DNA from: an uncultured Spirochaetota bacterium
GTDB lineage: Bacteria > Spirochaetota > Spirochaetia > SZUA-6 > Fen-1364
DNA: 64,000 nt
Reading direction: 5' to 3'
NCBI GenBank assembly: GCA_963734545.1
Contig: CAVTHO010000005.1
Coordinates: forward strand, 256,001-320,000
Below are positions 19,851 through 30,758 of this stretch, piece by piece. The notes under the pieces are model-generated. The model did no database searches and was not told where the DNA came from. It worked only from the letters and a program-made list of their open reading frames with translations. The translations under genes and the position numbers were made by a program. Positions within the stretch are counted from its first letter, which is position 1. The number at the start of each line of letters is the position of its first letter.

Positions 19851-21773
19851 CTAGGACTTCACCTGGAGGCACCTGACCATATAGAGCTCGATATAGCGCA
19901 TCAGGATGTCCCTCTTCTTTATTTTTGCAAGGCTCTGGCTCGTCGAGAGCTGTTCCGCAAGGGCGTGGATCCGCTTCAGGTCGGGCGGCCGGGAGAGAAA
20001 GCTGCGCCGGACGGGGCGAAGAAAGTCGCGCACGAGCGAGTTGACGTCTTCGACGAGATTCTGCTTCTGCTCCGCAGCGTAGAGAGGGTTCCACTTCTCC
20101 GCGAGCTCCGTCAGCGTGGCCTCGACGCTCTTTCCCCTGGGAACGTACTGAGCCAGGAGGGACTGGATGCTTCTGCGGTAGCGGAGGAGGTCCCCTTTCG
20201 TATGGGTGCTCTTCGCGGCCTCGACCGGCACGGCCTGCGCGGACTGCACGACCTTTGCCGTTTCCGTCTGGGCGGGTCGAGCGGCTGCGGGCTTCTTCTC
20301 GGGTTCCACTTTGCGCTCCTTTCCTCCGCGGGACAGCCTGCGGAAAATCCTGAGCACCCCGCTCAGAACGGGCACCGTCATCCAGAATGGAAGGTACATG
20401 CGGGCATTCTTCAGCAGGAGCGCGCGGGACAGGCCCAGCATCTCGTCGAACGGGCGCAGGATGTTCTCCACCGAGAAACATTTGCCGAGCTCCTCCTTCG
20501 CCGCCTCCGAGAGCTTCGTCGCCTCTCTCGCGGCAAAAAGCAGGTTGCCGTTGGAAAGCGCGGCAAGGAGCGGGTACCCCTGCTTCACCCGTATCTCGGT
20601 GTCCCTGCGGAACGGGGCGTCGCCTTTTGAGACGGCAGGAGTCCGGTCCTGGCGCAGCTCGTCGGTCCATTCCTGCACGTATGCGCTTCGAAGCTCTTCC
20701 GCCGCCTCCCCCAGTTTCTTCAGGAAAACCGGGACGACGAAGTCTCTCTGGAGGAAATAGTCCTTCTTCTGCGCAGCCGCGTGCACGCGCACCAGATAGG
20801 GAAGGGGCTCCTCCCCGACCCGCTTCATCTTCTCCTTCAGGAAGGAATGGATGAACTCCTGACTGTGCTTCTTGACGTACGTGACGCCCTTTTCATCTTT
20901 CAGCTCGTAGAGGTCCTGGAAGCCGAAGACAAAAGGCGGCTTGCGCACCTGCTGATCCAGGTTCTTCCTGTCGGCCGCCCACTCCTGTTCGCGCTGGACC
21001 GTGCCCTTTTTATGAAAAACGGCGTACCCGAGCAGGTATGCAGACTGGCACGCCCCATGGTCCAGGTCCGTCTTCTCCGACTTGGCTCGGATATCCTGAA
21101 GAATGAGGTTGGAGAGATGCGTCCAGAACCGGAAGCTGAAATCGGAAGGAGAGAGAACCGAGTTTGCCGCTTTTTTTGGCCGGGCAACGAGGTCCTCCAT
21201 GGACTGGTGCACCAGCGGCGCGTTTCCCCGCATCAGCCCGGCAAGCTTCGACTCCGAATAGGAGGCGTTCTTCCCTTCCTGGAGGTGGCGGCTGATCTTT
21301 GCCACGGCAACATCGATGAGTTCGGCGCCCACGCACTCCTGGGGCACGATGAGTGGATCCACCCCCTCGGGGAACTCGATCTTGACGATGCCCTTCATGC
21401 CGGGGCCGCTCGTATCCAGCAGGGCGCCGAGCTGGCTCTTCACGTCCGCCCTGATGAGCGTGCCCGGTGGCACGGGTACGGGCGCCGTCTCCTCTTTCGG
21501 GAACGGACGGGCGGCATCCATGGAAAGCTGCCGATACGTGTCCACCAGCGCCGTGACATGGAAATCCGACAGGGATACGGACCGGGGTTTCCCGCCTTCC
21601 GTGGACACGACCAGCGCGGACTTCTCAGCGAGCTCGGCCACCGCTGCGTCGACCTCGGCAGGCTGCAGCTGGCCCTTGGGCATTGCGGCAAGGAATTGGT
21701 GGAGATCGACCGTTGCGCTCCTGTTCCGCAACGCAAAAGTCCTCAGGAGCACGAGAAGTTCCTGGGCGAGCAT
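19851..21773 (-). CDS. Conserved hypothetical protein (resembles spirochaete-type proteins)
   Basis: Long ORF with coding-like composition; no recognisable catalytic motif. Confidence 0.75.
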   Translation of the reverse strand: MLAQELLVLLRTFALRNRSATVDLHQFLAAMPKGQLQPAEVDAAVAELAEKSALVVSTEGGKPRSVSLSDFHVTALVDTYRQLSMDAARPFPKEETAPVPVPPGTLIRADVKSQLGALLDTSGPGMKGIVKIEFPEGVDPLIVPQECVGAELIDVAVAKISRHLQEGKNASYSESKLAGLMRGNAPLVHQSMEDLVARPKKAANSVLSPSDFSFRFWTHLSNLILQDIRAKSEKTDLDHGACQSAYLLGYAVFHKKGTVQREQEWAADRKNLDQQVRKPPFVFGFQDLYELKDEKGVTYVKKHSQEFIHSFLKEKMKRVGEEPLPYLVRVHAAAQKKDYFLQRDFVVPVFLKKLGEAAEELRSAYVQEWTDELRQDRTPAVSKGDAPFRRDTEIRVKQGYPLLAALSNGNLLFAAREATKLSEAAKEELGKCFSVENILRPFDEMLGLSRALLLKNARMYLPFWMTVPVLSGVLRIFRRLSRGGKERKVEPEKKPAAARPAQTETAKVVQSAQAVPVEAAKSTHTKGDLLRYRRSIQSLLAQYVPRGKSVEATLTELAEKWNPLYAAEQKQNLVEDVNSLVRDFLRPVRRSFLSRPPDLKRIHALAEQLSTSQSLAKIKKRDILMRYIELYMVRCLQVKS

Positions 21774-21878
21774 AATGCGCCTTTCAGTGTAGTGGATCCC
21801 GCGCGGGCATGCAAGCTCGCGCATCCGCCAGCTCGAGCGCGAACCTTCGAACGTGCGGTCGGCTGTTTCAGCTCGCGG

Positions 21879-22731
21879 TCAACCCTTCAACGCGCCCGCC
21901 AGTGTGCCCTTCAGCACCCACCGATGACCTATGGCATAGAGGATGACGGTCGGCGCTGCGGAGATGATCGCCGCGGCCGAGTACTTCGGCATGTGATCCA
22001 CGCCGTATGCATTGAGGAACTGGGCAACGCGAAGCTGCATGGTGAAAAGGGATTGGCTGTTGATCATGATCAGGCTCAGCATGTAGTCGCTCCACGCGCC
22101 GATGAACACGAGCATGACGGCCAGCACGGTGGCAGGGCCGGCAAGGGGCAGCATGATGCTGAAGAAGGTGCCGGAATGCCCGGCGCCGTCGATCCGCGAA
22201 GCCTCCGCGAGCTCGCTGGGGAGGCTTCGGAAGAACGAGCGGTAGATCATTGTCCAGAAGGAGATGCCGAAAGCGGCCATGGGCAGGAAGAGCCCGGGCA
22301 GGGTATTCGCCATGTGAAATGAGACGCTCATCTTGTAGAGCGGGAGCAGGACCATCTGGATGGGCACGAAGTAGCCGGCGAGTATGACGTAGAAAAAGAC
22401 TTCCGTGACCTTGCTCTTGTACCGGGCGAAAATGTAGCCCGCCATTGCCGAAGGGGGCACCGTGCACGCGATGGCGCCCAGGCAGACGATGAACGTGTTG
22501 ACCATGCCGCGTCCGATCTGCACCGTTTTCCACGCCTGTATGAAATTGTCCCAGCGGATAGCTTTTGGGAGGGCCCAGGGATTGTACGAGTACTCCAGGC
22601 GCGTCTTGAAGACGAAGAAGAACGGCAGGACGAGCGGCACGATGACGGCGAGCGCGAAGCCGACCAGGACTATCGTGATGATGATACCGCCAATGTCCAC
22701 GCGTGATACGCGCAGCGAGCCGGCCGCTCAT
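21879..22731 (-). CDS. Carbohydrate ABC permease (MalG-like); probable start 22731 with an early frameshift, or GTG 22700
   Basis: EAA loop ELAEASRIDGAG; ATG 22731 overlaps the upstream stop but is out of frame by one base. Confidence 0.88.
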
Positions 22732-23663
22732 TCCACGTCCCCTTTGCCCTGCCACGAAAACTGGGCGATGGCGAAAACCAGGGAGCAGAGGAATATCACC
22801 ACGCCGACCGCCGCGGCGCTCCCGTACTGCCAGTTCACGAATCCCTGGTTGTACAGGATGATTCCCAGCGTCTTTGTGGCATCTCCCGGACCTCCACGGG
22901 TCATGAGGAAGGGCAGATCGAAAAGCTTCAGGCTTCCAATGGTCATGAGGACCGCGAGGATGCGCAGCGGGTAGGCCACCATGGGAAGGATGATGTGCCA
23001 GGCATAGCGCCAGCCCCGCGCGCCCTCCAGCTCGGCAGCCTCACGGATCTCCATGGGGATCTGTTCCATGCGCGCCATGAGATAGACGATGGGAAATCCC
23101 GTGTAGGTCCATGTTGCCACAATGAATATCGCCCAGAAGGCAATGGAAGGGTCGCCGATGAAGTCGATCTTGGCCAGCCACGTCCAGTGGATCCCTCGCG
23201 CAAAGCTCGCCAGGACCCCGTTGGTGTTGGAGAAGATGAAAAGGCCGAGCATGGCCGTGATTGCGGACGGCATGATGTTTGCCAGGAAGTAGATGGCGCG
23301 CAGGGGTTGCGTGACCTTGTTCCTGTATGCAATGAGTGAAAACGCCACGAAGAAGGACAGCGGAAGCTGGATCATGACGCTCCAGAAAGCCCACTGGAAC
23401 ACATGCAGAAGTCCGGCCCGAAACTCGTCATTGCTGAAGAGGAACTTGTAGTTCTCCAAGCCGTTGAACGTGGCATCCCCGAGACCGGCGGAGCGCATGA
23501 ATGAAAGGTGAAAAGTCTCCTCGATGGGGTAATACATGTAGACGACGAGCGCGGCGATTGCCGGCAGGAGCATGAGGGCGATGAACACGACGCGCCCGAC
23601 GTCGCGCTTCTGTCTGCGCCTCGCCTGCGGCACCACGATCCCGGCCCTGACAAGGTCCGCCAT
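22728..23663 (-). CDS. Carbohydrate ABC permease (MalF-like)
   Basis: EIREAAELEGA, MTRGGPGDAT, YGSAAAV. Confidence 0.92.
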   Translation of the reverse strand: MADLVRAGIVVPQARRRQKRDVGRVVFIALMLLPAIAALVVYMYYPIEETFHLSFMRSAGLGDATFNGLENYKFLFSNDEFRAGLLHVFQWAFWSVMIQLPLSFFVAFSLIAYRNKVTQPLRAIYFLANIMPSAITAMLGLFIFSNTNGVLASFARGIHWTWLAKIDFIGDPSIAFWAIFIVATWTYTGFPIVYLMARMEQIPMEIREAAELEGARGWRYAWHIILPMVAYPLRILAVLMTIGSLKLFDLPFLMTRGGPGDATKTLGIILYNQGFVNWQYGSAAAVGVVIFLCSLVFAIAQFSWQGKGDVE

Positions 23664-23704
23664 CGCCCTCACCTCCGCTGTCTCATTTGATCATTCCTTG
23701 ATGG

Positions 23705-23745
23705 AATAAGAAAGGGGCGAAAACCGATTCGCGGCCTCCGCCCCT
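23705..23745 (-). terminator. Stem-loop plus U-rich tract after the solute-binding gene
   Basis: Minus strand aggggcgga...ttcgcccc followed by tttcttatt. Confidence 0.55.
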
Positions 23746-23768
23746 GAAACCCTCACCGCGCGGTTTCT

Positions 23769-25013
23769 CTACTTCACGGCGCCCATGTTCTGGGTCGCGA
23801 GATTCTCGAACTTCGTGAGGGAGGCCTTCACGTCCGTGTCGGCCAGGAAGAAGGTCTGGATCGTGTCGTTCAGCGGCGTGGTCACCGCGGGCGGCAGATT
23901 CTGGTCCCACCAGAACTGGACCGTCTTGGCCTTGCTGAACACGCCCGAGGCCATGGTCGTCAGAGGCGAGGGCGCCTTGACGCCGGGAACGGCGCTGATG
24001 CGGCCGGGCTCGGCGGCAGCGGCATCCTGGCTCATGGCGTACTTCATGAAGCGCACGATCGCCGCCTTCTTGCTTTCCCCTGCCTTGGTGGCGGCAAACC
24101 CGATGTCGGTCATTCCCATGACATCGGTCACTTTGCCCGTCCCGCCCTTCAGCTCGGGGAATGCGTAGAATCCGAGCGTCTGGTCGGTGAAGTCCTTGCT
24201 CGAATACTGGGCGCACATCCACGAGCCGGTGATGTGCATGGCGGCCTTCCCGGTGGCCATGAGCTGCTGCGCGTCGCCGTACTTTTCTCCCAGCGGCTTG
24301 TCCCCGAAATAGCCCTTCTTCACCCAGTTCTGGTAGAGCTGCGCGGCCTTGACGAACGCGTCGTTGTCGAACCGGGCCTTGCGCGCGGCGGCCCGCGTGA
24401 AGATGTCCCCGCCGTAGCGGTTGGTCAGGTACATGTACAGGGCAAGACCGGGCCACTTGTCCGCTTCTCCGCAGGCGAAGGGCTGTATGCCCTCGGCCTT
24501 CAGTGTGTCCGCCACTTTTTCGAACTGATCGACCGTCGTCGGCACGGAGAGACCGTTGGCCTTGAAGATCTCTTCATTGACGAAAACTCCGGCGATTGCA
24601 AAGAAGGGGGCAACGCCGTAGAGCTTGCCTTTCCAGGTCATGGCGCCGCTGGCCGCAGCGCTGCCGGGGATCGACTTCAGCTCCCTGGTGAGATCCAGAA
24701 GCCTTCCCGCATCCGCGTAGCCTCCCATGGTGGATCCGCCCCAGGTCTGGAAGATATCGGGGAGGCCGCTTCCGGCCGCCATGGCGATCTTCGTCTTGTC
24801 CGCAAGCCCGGGGTCGCCCAGCGCGATATAGTCGAGCTGGATGTCGGGATTGCCCGCCTGGAAGTTCTCCAGGAGCGCTTTCACATAGGCATGGGCGGCA
24901 TCGTCATCCGGAAGGTCCCTGCCCCAGATGGTCAGCTTCTGCGCCATCGCGGGAACCGTGACCGCTATGCAGCAGATGACGGCGATCAGGGCAATGAAAA
25001 CGCGTTTCCTCAT
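23769..25013 (-). CDS. Sugar ABC extracellular solute-binding protein
   Basis: Signal peptide, LPDIFQTWGG, GRLLDLT, GKAAMHITGSW. Confidence 0.92.
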   Translation of the reverse strand: MRKRVFIALIAVICCIAVTVPAMAQKLTIWGRDLPDDDAAHAYVKALLENFQAGNPDIQLDYIALGDPGLADKTKIAMAAGSGLPDIFQTWGGSTMGGYADAGRLLDLTRELKSIPGSAAASGAMTWKGKLYGVAPFFAIAGVFVNEEIFKANGLSVPTTVDQFEKVADTLKAEGIQPFACGEADKWPGLALYMYLTNRYGGDIFTRAAARKARFDNDAFVKAAQLYQNWVKKGYFGDKPLGEKYGDAQQLMATGKAAMHITGSWMCAQYSSKDFTDQTLGFYAFPELKGGTGKVTDVMGMTDIGFAATKAGESKKAAIVRFMKYAMSQDAAAAEPGRISAVPGVKAPSPLTTMASGVFSKAKTVQFWWDQNLPPAVTTPLNDTIQTFFLADTDVKASLTKFENLATQNMGAVK

Positions 25014-25145
25014 ACCTCTCCCTCCTGTTCCTCGTTCGAATGTGGAGCGCCGGGCAGCCTGCCATTGGCGCACCAGTTCCGCAAGCCTACCTCATGGGAA
25101 GCGGGTCCAAAATCGGACAAAGTTCGAATTCCGGGATAGGAACTA

Positions 25146-25801
25146 TTACCTATCCCGGCTCTGGACCCACTTGACGGCGAATCTTCGCAGGTCCCCCGCG
25201 CCGTCGATGTGCAGCTTCTCCTTTATATGGTCTCTGTATGCGTTCACGGTCTTCACGGAGAGATTGAGCATCTTCGCGATTTCCGCTGCCCCGTAGCCCT
25301 GCCCCATAAGGTCCAGTACCTCCAGCTCCCGGTCGCTGAGCCGCTCCACCGAGGGAGACTCGGTCTCGTCGCGGGCGCTGAACATGGTCTCCAGGAGCCG
25401 GTCCCGCATGGTGGCGGACACGTAGATTTTCCCCGAAAGGACGGTCTTGATTGCATCCAGCATGACGGAGGCCGCCTCCTGCTTCATCACGTAGCCGCGG
25501 GCGCCGGCCTTCAGGGCCCTCTCCGCGTAGATCACCTCGTCGTGCATCGAGATGATGAGCACGAGTATCTCGGGGTGGGCTGCCTTCAGGGTCTTCACCA
25601 GGTCCAGGCCGTTCTGGCCGACCAGCGAGATGTCGATCAGCGCGATATCCGGCACCGCCTGCTCGAGCGCCGCGAGAGTTTCCGCCGCCGTGCCTGCCTC
25701 GGCGCACACCTCGTAGCGGTCATCGCTCCTGATGAGCGCCACGAGCCCTTGCCGGAAAACGGGTGATCGTCCACGACGAGGAATGTGAGGGGCTTCGTCA
25801 T
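25146..25801 (-). CDS. NarL/LuxR family response regulator, frameshift near 25760
   Basis: MTKPLTFLVVDDHP joins VFRQG in another frame; LIDISL, GYVMK, LSDRELEVL HTH. Confidence 0.9.
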
Positions 25802-28322
25802 TGCTGCTCTCTCTGCCCGCCGTCGATCCTGCAGGTGACACGGGTCCCCGGATTGAGCCTTTCGATGAGAAGCTCCGCGCCGGCGGTTTCCGCGCGGTAG
25901 CGCATGATGCGCAGCCCCATGCCCTCCCCGGAAATCGACCGCGGCAGGCCGTCGCCGTAGTCGGTCACCTCGGCAATGAGCGCTGCCGCGCGCTCCCCTT
26001 CTCCGCGTCTCCCGTCTGTTCCGGCTCCGTTTCTGGCCGCGCCTCCGTGCTCAGCAGATCTGGCGCCGACGTACGGGGTACTCCCCGAACGGGTACGGCC
26101 TTCGGGCCGAGCGGGTACTCCCGCACTCCCGTACTCGGTGGACGCCTCTTCGCGATACAACTGCACCTCGATCCGCGCCGACCGTGAGTGCTTGAGCGCG
26201 TTGGACAGGGCTTCCTGTATGATGCGGTACACGTGGAGAGCCCGATTGGTGCCGGGGAGGCGGAAGTCCGGTGACGCGCGGAAATCTATGACTGCCGGAT
26301 AGTTGCGCCGAGCAGCCTCCACGAGCTCCTCCACGGCCGCGACGATCCCGTGCTCCTCCAGCCCCGCGGGATACAGCCCCCGCGCGATCTGCTTGGCGCG
26401 CGTGATCGAATCGGCGAGCAGGATGCCGATCTGCTCGATGGATGCCACGGCGGCGGGTTCGGAATTCGCGAGCACGCCGCGCAGCACGGAGGCGAGCATC
26501 GCAATCCCCGCCAGGTGCTGGCACAGGTCGTCGTGGAGATCCTGGCCGATGCGCTGCATCGTGCGGTTGGAGATCTCGAATGACTTCCTGCTCGAGACGC
26601 ATGCGCCGTTCGATCTCCTGGGTGAGCTCCTTGTTGGTCCGGGTGAGCTCCGCGGTCCGACGCGCCACCTCCACCTGCAGGCGCCGTTCGTGCGTGAGCA
26701 CCTGCTCGAGAAGCAGGGCCCCTTTGAGTGCGCTGGCAACCTGCTCCTTCAGCGTGTCGTAGACGGCGGGCTCGGCCGCTCCTCCCGGGAGCAGGATGTA
26801 GCCGAGGGGCTCGTTCTGGAACACGAGGGGTTCCAGCACCCAGAGCCCGTCTCTCCATGACTGCGCAACCCGGGGCGGCAGGAGCCGGATGGTGCGAAAA
26901 CGGATCCCGGCCGCCGGAAGCTCCGCGGCCCGGGCGCTGCGCGGTGCCATCACGAGACGTGACCACTCGGAGCTCGAATCCCGTTGTTCGAAAAGCGCAA
27001 TGTAGCCGCCGCCGATACCCAGCTGCGCAAGCCCGGCCTCCAGCCGCGCCAGCATCACCGGCATCTCGAAAGCGCCGGCCAGCGACGCGCTGATGGCCCG
27101 CAAGGTGGCCAGCCTTTCCTCGGCCGCCACCCTTCGGGCCGCCTGGAGCCGGCTTTCGGATTCCCCGATGAGCACGCGCGCGAACTCGAAGAGACCGGGG
27201 GGGCTGCCGGCTCCCGCCTGTCCCGGAGTCTCGGCCAGGTGCTGAATCGACCGAAAGATAGCCGTTCCATTTCCCGGGCTCCCCGCCGGCAAGGGTGGTG
27301 GCGGCCAGCGCGCTGTTGAACTGCGCGATGAAACCGTCCCCGTCGGCGCTTCGTGCGCGCTCCACCATCTCCCCGATAGCGCGCCGCTCTTCCGCGGTAG
27401 CCGTGGAGGGAGGCTCGGTGAGATCGGGATCGTAGTTCCGCTTCGGCGCGCAGCCGCAGGACTGGCGAATCACGGGAGTGCATGTCAGGACACGGCCCAG
27501 CGGTCTGCCGCCCTCCATGCGCTCCAGCAGGGCATCCACCGCGGAGGAGCCGAGCTCATTCAGGGGCTGCATCACCGTGGTGAGAGGAGGCGTGACATAC
27601 TTCCCTTCCTCGATGCCGTCAAAACCGACCACCGCGATGTCGCCGGGCACGGCGACACCGGTCTGACGCAGCACCTCCATTGCGGCGAGGGCCATCCGAT
27701 CGTTCATGCACACCAGCGCATCGAATGGCAGGGCGAGCCGCAGGAGACGGAGGGCGGCCTCGCTGCCTGAATCCCGCAGGAATGACCCCCTGACGGCGAG
27801 CCGCTCGTCGAACGGAATGGCAAGCTCGCGCAGCGTCGCGCGAAAGGCGCGTTCCCGCTCCTCCGCCTCGGGGTGACCGGAGGGCCCGCCGATCAGCGCG
27901 AAACGCGAACGGCCGTGCTCCTGCGCGAGGTGCCTGACGATGACACTCACGCCGTTGGATCCGTCCGCGGTCACGCTGGGCACTCCGCTGACCCCGAGGC
28001 CGATCGATACCTGCGGCAAATCCGGATGCGAAGCGAACAGCCTGCCCAGTCCCTCCTGGTCGATAAAGGTGAAAATCGCCGAGGAGACCACGACCAGTCC
28101 ATCCACGTTCCGCGGGTCGGCGATGCGGTAGGCGACATTCGCCGCGGCTTCCGAAGCGATGGGCGAGTCGATGCGATGCCCCACGAAGCACACCACGCCG
28201 ACCCCGCGCTGCCGGGCGCGGGATTCGATGCCGCGCCATACCGCGATCTGGTAGGCGTCATCGAGCTGGGCGGTAAAGACGCCGATCACCCTGTGGGAAA
28301 GGGCCGCGCTGGTCGGGCTCAC
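25798..28322 (-). CDS. LacI-type sugar-binding domain fused to a NarX-type histidine kinase; frameshifts near 27250 and 26580
   Basis: N-terminal NDRMA, VVGFD, PPLTTV; C-terminal RIGQDLHDDLCQHL, QEALSNALKHS, GMGLRIMRYRA spread over three frames. Confidence 0.85.
26041..26146 (-). repeat. Composite repeat element in frame inside the kinase ATPase domain
   Basis: Reverse complement of 26047-26077 matches 5818-5848 at 25/31; internal ggcc-ttcg-ggcc hairpin. Confidence 0.75.
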
Positions 28323-28509
28323 GATCGCGCCAATGGCCGGACGGCCGGTAACAGGGATACGGCAGGCGTTATGCGGAACGCGCGCGCGCTGCTCATGGAT
28401 GTTTCGAGGGTACCTCTTTTCCGCGCGCGGGGGAACCGGCGGAAGGTCGGTTCACCAGTTCGGCCTCGGCACCGTGCCTCCATAGGTCAAATGCCCGATG
28501 AAGGCTCGC

Positions 28510-30681
28510 TCAGTAGGGGAGCTCCCGGCTCTTCCCGGTGACCTCGAACTCGGCGCACAGCACGGCGGTGCCCGCGAGCTGCTCGCTCCGCGCATCCGGC
28601 TGGCGTCCGCCGACGCACACCCGAAACCGGCCGGGCTCGAGGATCCGGCGTCCTTCTTCGTCTATCAGGGACATCTGCTTTGCCTGGATCGCAAACGACA
28701 CGTTCCTCGTCTGCCCGGGCGCGAGGTACACGCGCGCGAACCCGACAAGCTGACGCAGCGGCACACGGACCGATGCTTCGAGGTCGGTGAGGTACACCTG
28801 CACGATCTCGTGCCCGCCTCGCTCGCCTTCGTTGCGCACGTCCAGGGACAGGCGAACCGCCTCGCCCGCGGGCACCGTTTGCTTCTCCAGCTTCAGCCCC
28901 GCGTACCGAAAGGAGGTATAGCTGAGCCCGAACCCGAACGGGTACAGCGGTTCAGCCTCCATGAATCGATAGGTTCGTCCCGCCATGGAATAGTCGGTGA
29001 AGGGGGGAAGCTGGTCGATGGACGCGACGAATGTCACGGGAAGCCTTCCCGCGGGGCTGTAGTCGCCGAACAGAGCCTCGGCGATTGCGGTCCCCCCTTC
29101 CTCGCCCGGGTACCATGCCAGGAGGACCGCCCGGGCCAGCGCATCTTCCCGCGGAATCGCCAGTGCGCTGCCGCCGAGAAGCACGAGCACAATCGGTTTT
29201 CCTTTCGCGGCAACCGCCTCGAAGAGCTGCTTCTGGATTGCCGGAAGCTCGATGCTGATCCTGTCGCCCATCCATTCGGAGCGCGCCGCGGAACCCTCCT
29301 CGCCCTCCACGCGATTGTTCAGACCCAGGGCCATCACGACGACGTCCGCACTCTCCGCCGCGGCGAGGGCCTCACCGAATCCATCGTCTGCCTTGTCGCC
29401 CCACGGAGAGTCCGCGCCCTTGGTGATGTCCGAGCCCCGCGCGTAGAGGATCCGGGTCTTTGACGAGACGGCCCTGCGGATTCCCTCCAGAAGCGTCACC
29501 GAGAGCGAGGGGAAGCCGTTGTAGTTGCCCAGCAGGACCTCGCGGTCATCCGCATTGGGGCCGATCACGGCGATGCAGCCCAGGTCCTTTCCGAGAGGCA
29601 GGAAAGCATCCTGGTTCTTCAATAGAACGATCGACGCGCGCGCCGCCTCGAGGGCGAGCTCCCTGTGCGGGGGGGAATCAACGATGCCATAGGGAATCTT
29701 CGTGTAGGAGACGCTCTCCGGGGGATCGAACATGCCGAGTCTGAATCTGGCGCGCAGGAGACGGGCCACCGCGCGGTCTATTTCCGCTTCGGCGATCAAC
29801 CCCTGCCGGCACGCCTCCACGAGCGTGGAGAAAACGCGCCCGCATTCCAGATCACAGCCGCCCCGCACCGCCATGGCCGCGGATTGCTCCGGTGTCTGCG
29901 TAATCGAATGGTGGGCGTGGAAGTCCTCGATTGCGCCGCAATCGGACACGACGTAGCCCGGGAATCCCCACTCCTCGCGCAGGATCCGGGAGAGCAGGGT
30001 CTTGCTGCCGCTGCAGGGCTCGCCGTTCGTGCGGTTGTATGCAGCCATCACGGACTCCGCCGCGCCCTCCACCACGCAGTCACGGAATGCCGGCAGATAC
30101 GTCTCCCGCAGATCCTTGACGCTCACCCGCGCGTCAAAATGATGCCTCAGCGCCTCGGGGCCGCTGTGCACCGCGAAGTGCTTCGGGGTTGCCACCAGCT
30201 TGAGGTATTTCGGATCCTCTCCCTGCAGGCCTTTCACGAATGCCACGCCCAGGCGGCCGGTCAGGCAGGGGTCCTCCCCGTAGGTTTCCTGACCCCTGCC
30301 CCAGCGCGGGTCGCGGAAAATATTGATATTCGGACTCCAGAATGTGAGCCCCTGGTACTGGCGGCGATAGCCCTGCCGGGCAAACTCGTGATGCTTTGCG
30401 CGGGCCTCATCAGAGGTCGCCACGGCGATCCTGTGCACCAGGTCGGGGTCGAAGGTGGCGGCAAGCCCTATTGCCTGCGGGAATACGGTGGCCACCCCCG
30501 CGCGTCCCACCCCGTGCAGGCCCTCGTTCCACCAGTTGTAAGCCGGGATCTCCAGCCGGGGAATGGCTTTGGATTCGTGCGCCATCTGGGAGACTTTTTC
30601 CTCGAGACTGAGCCGTGCCAGGAGGTCCTTTACGCGCTCTTCCAGGGCCAACCCGGGATCTTGAAAAGGATACTTGGCCAT
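28510..30681 (-). CDS. GH3 beta-glucosidase/beta-xylosidase
   Basis: WWNEGLHGV, RDPRWGRGQETYGEDP, KHFAVH, VVSDCGA, Fn3-like C-terminus. Confidence 0.95.
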   Translation of the reverse strand: MAKYPFQDPGLALEERVKDLLARLSLEEKVSQMAHESKAIPRLEIPAYNWWNEGLHGVGRAGVATVFPQAIGLAATFDPDLVHRIAVATSDEARAKHHEFARQGYRRQYQGLTFWSPNINIFRDPRWGRGQETYGEDPCLTGRLGVAFVKGLQGEDPKYLKLVATPKHFAVHSGPEALRHHFDARVSVKDLRETYLPAFRDCVVEGAAESVMAAYNRTNGEPCSGSKTLLSRILREEWGFPGYVVSDCGAIEDFHAHHSITQTPEQSAAMAVRGGCDLECGRVFSTLVEACRQGLIAEAEIDRAVARLLRARFRLGMFDPPESVSYTKIPYGIVDSPPHRELALEAARASIVLLKNQDAFLPLGKDLGCIAVIGPNADDREVLLGNYNGFPSLSVTLLEGIRRAVSSKTRILYARGSDITKGADSPWGDKADDGFGEALAAAESADVVVMALGLNNRVEGEEGSAARSEWMGDRISIELPAIQKQLFEAVAAKGKPIVLVLLGGSALAIPREDALARAVLLAWYPGEEGGTAIAEALFGDYSPAGRLPVTFVASIDQLPPFTDYSMAGRTYRFMEAEPLYPFGFGLSYTSFRYAGLKLEKQTVPAGEAVRLSLDVRNEGERGGHEIVQVYLTDLEASVRVPLRQLVGFARVYLAPGQTRNVSFAIQAKQMSLIDEEGRRILEPGRFRVCVGGRQPDARSEQLAGTAVLCAEFEVTGKSRELPY

Positions 30682-30758
30682 CGACTTCTCCTTGGGACGG
30701 AAGACTCCGCTCTGTATATCAGAGGAGGAGGATGGCTTTCAATGTCTCAGGCGTGCGT

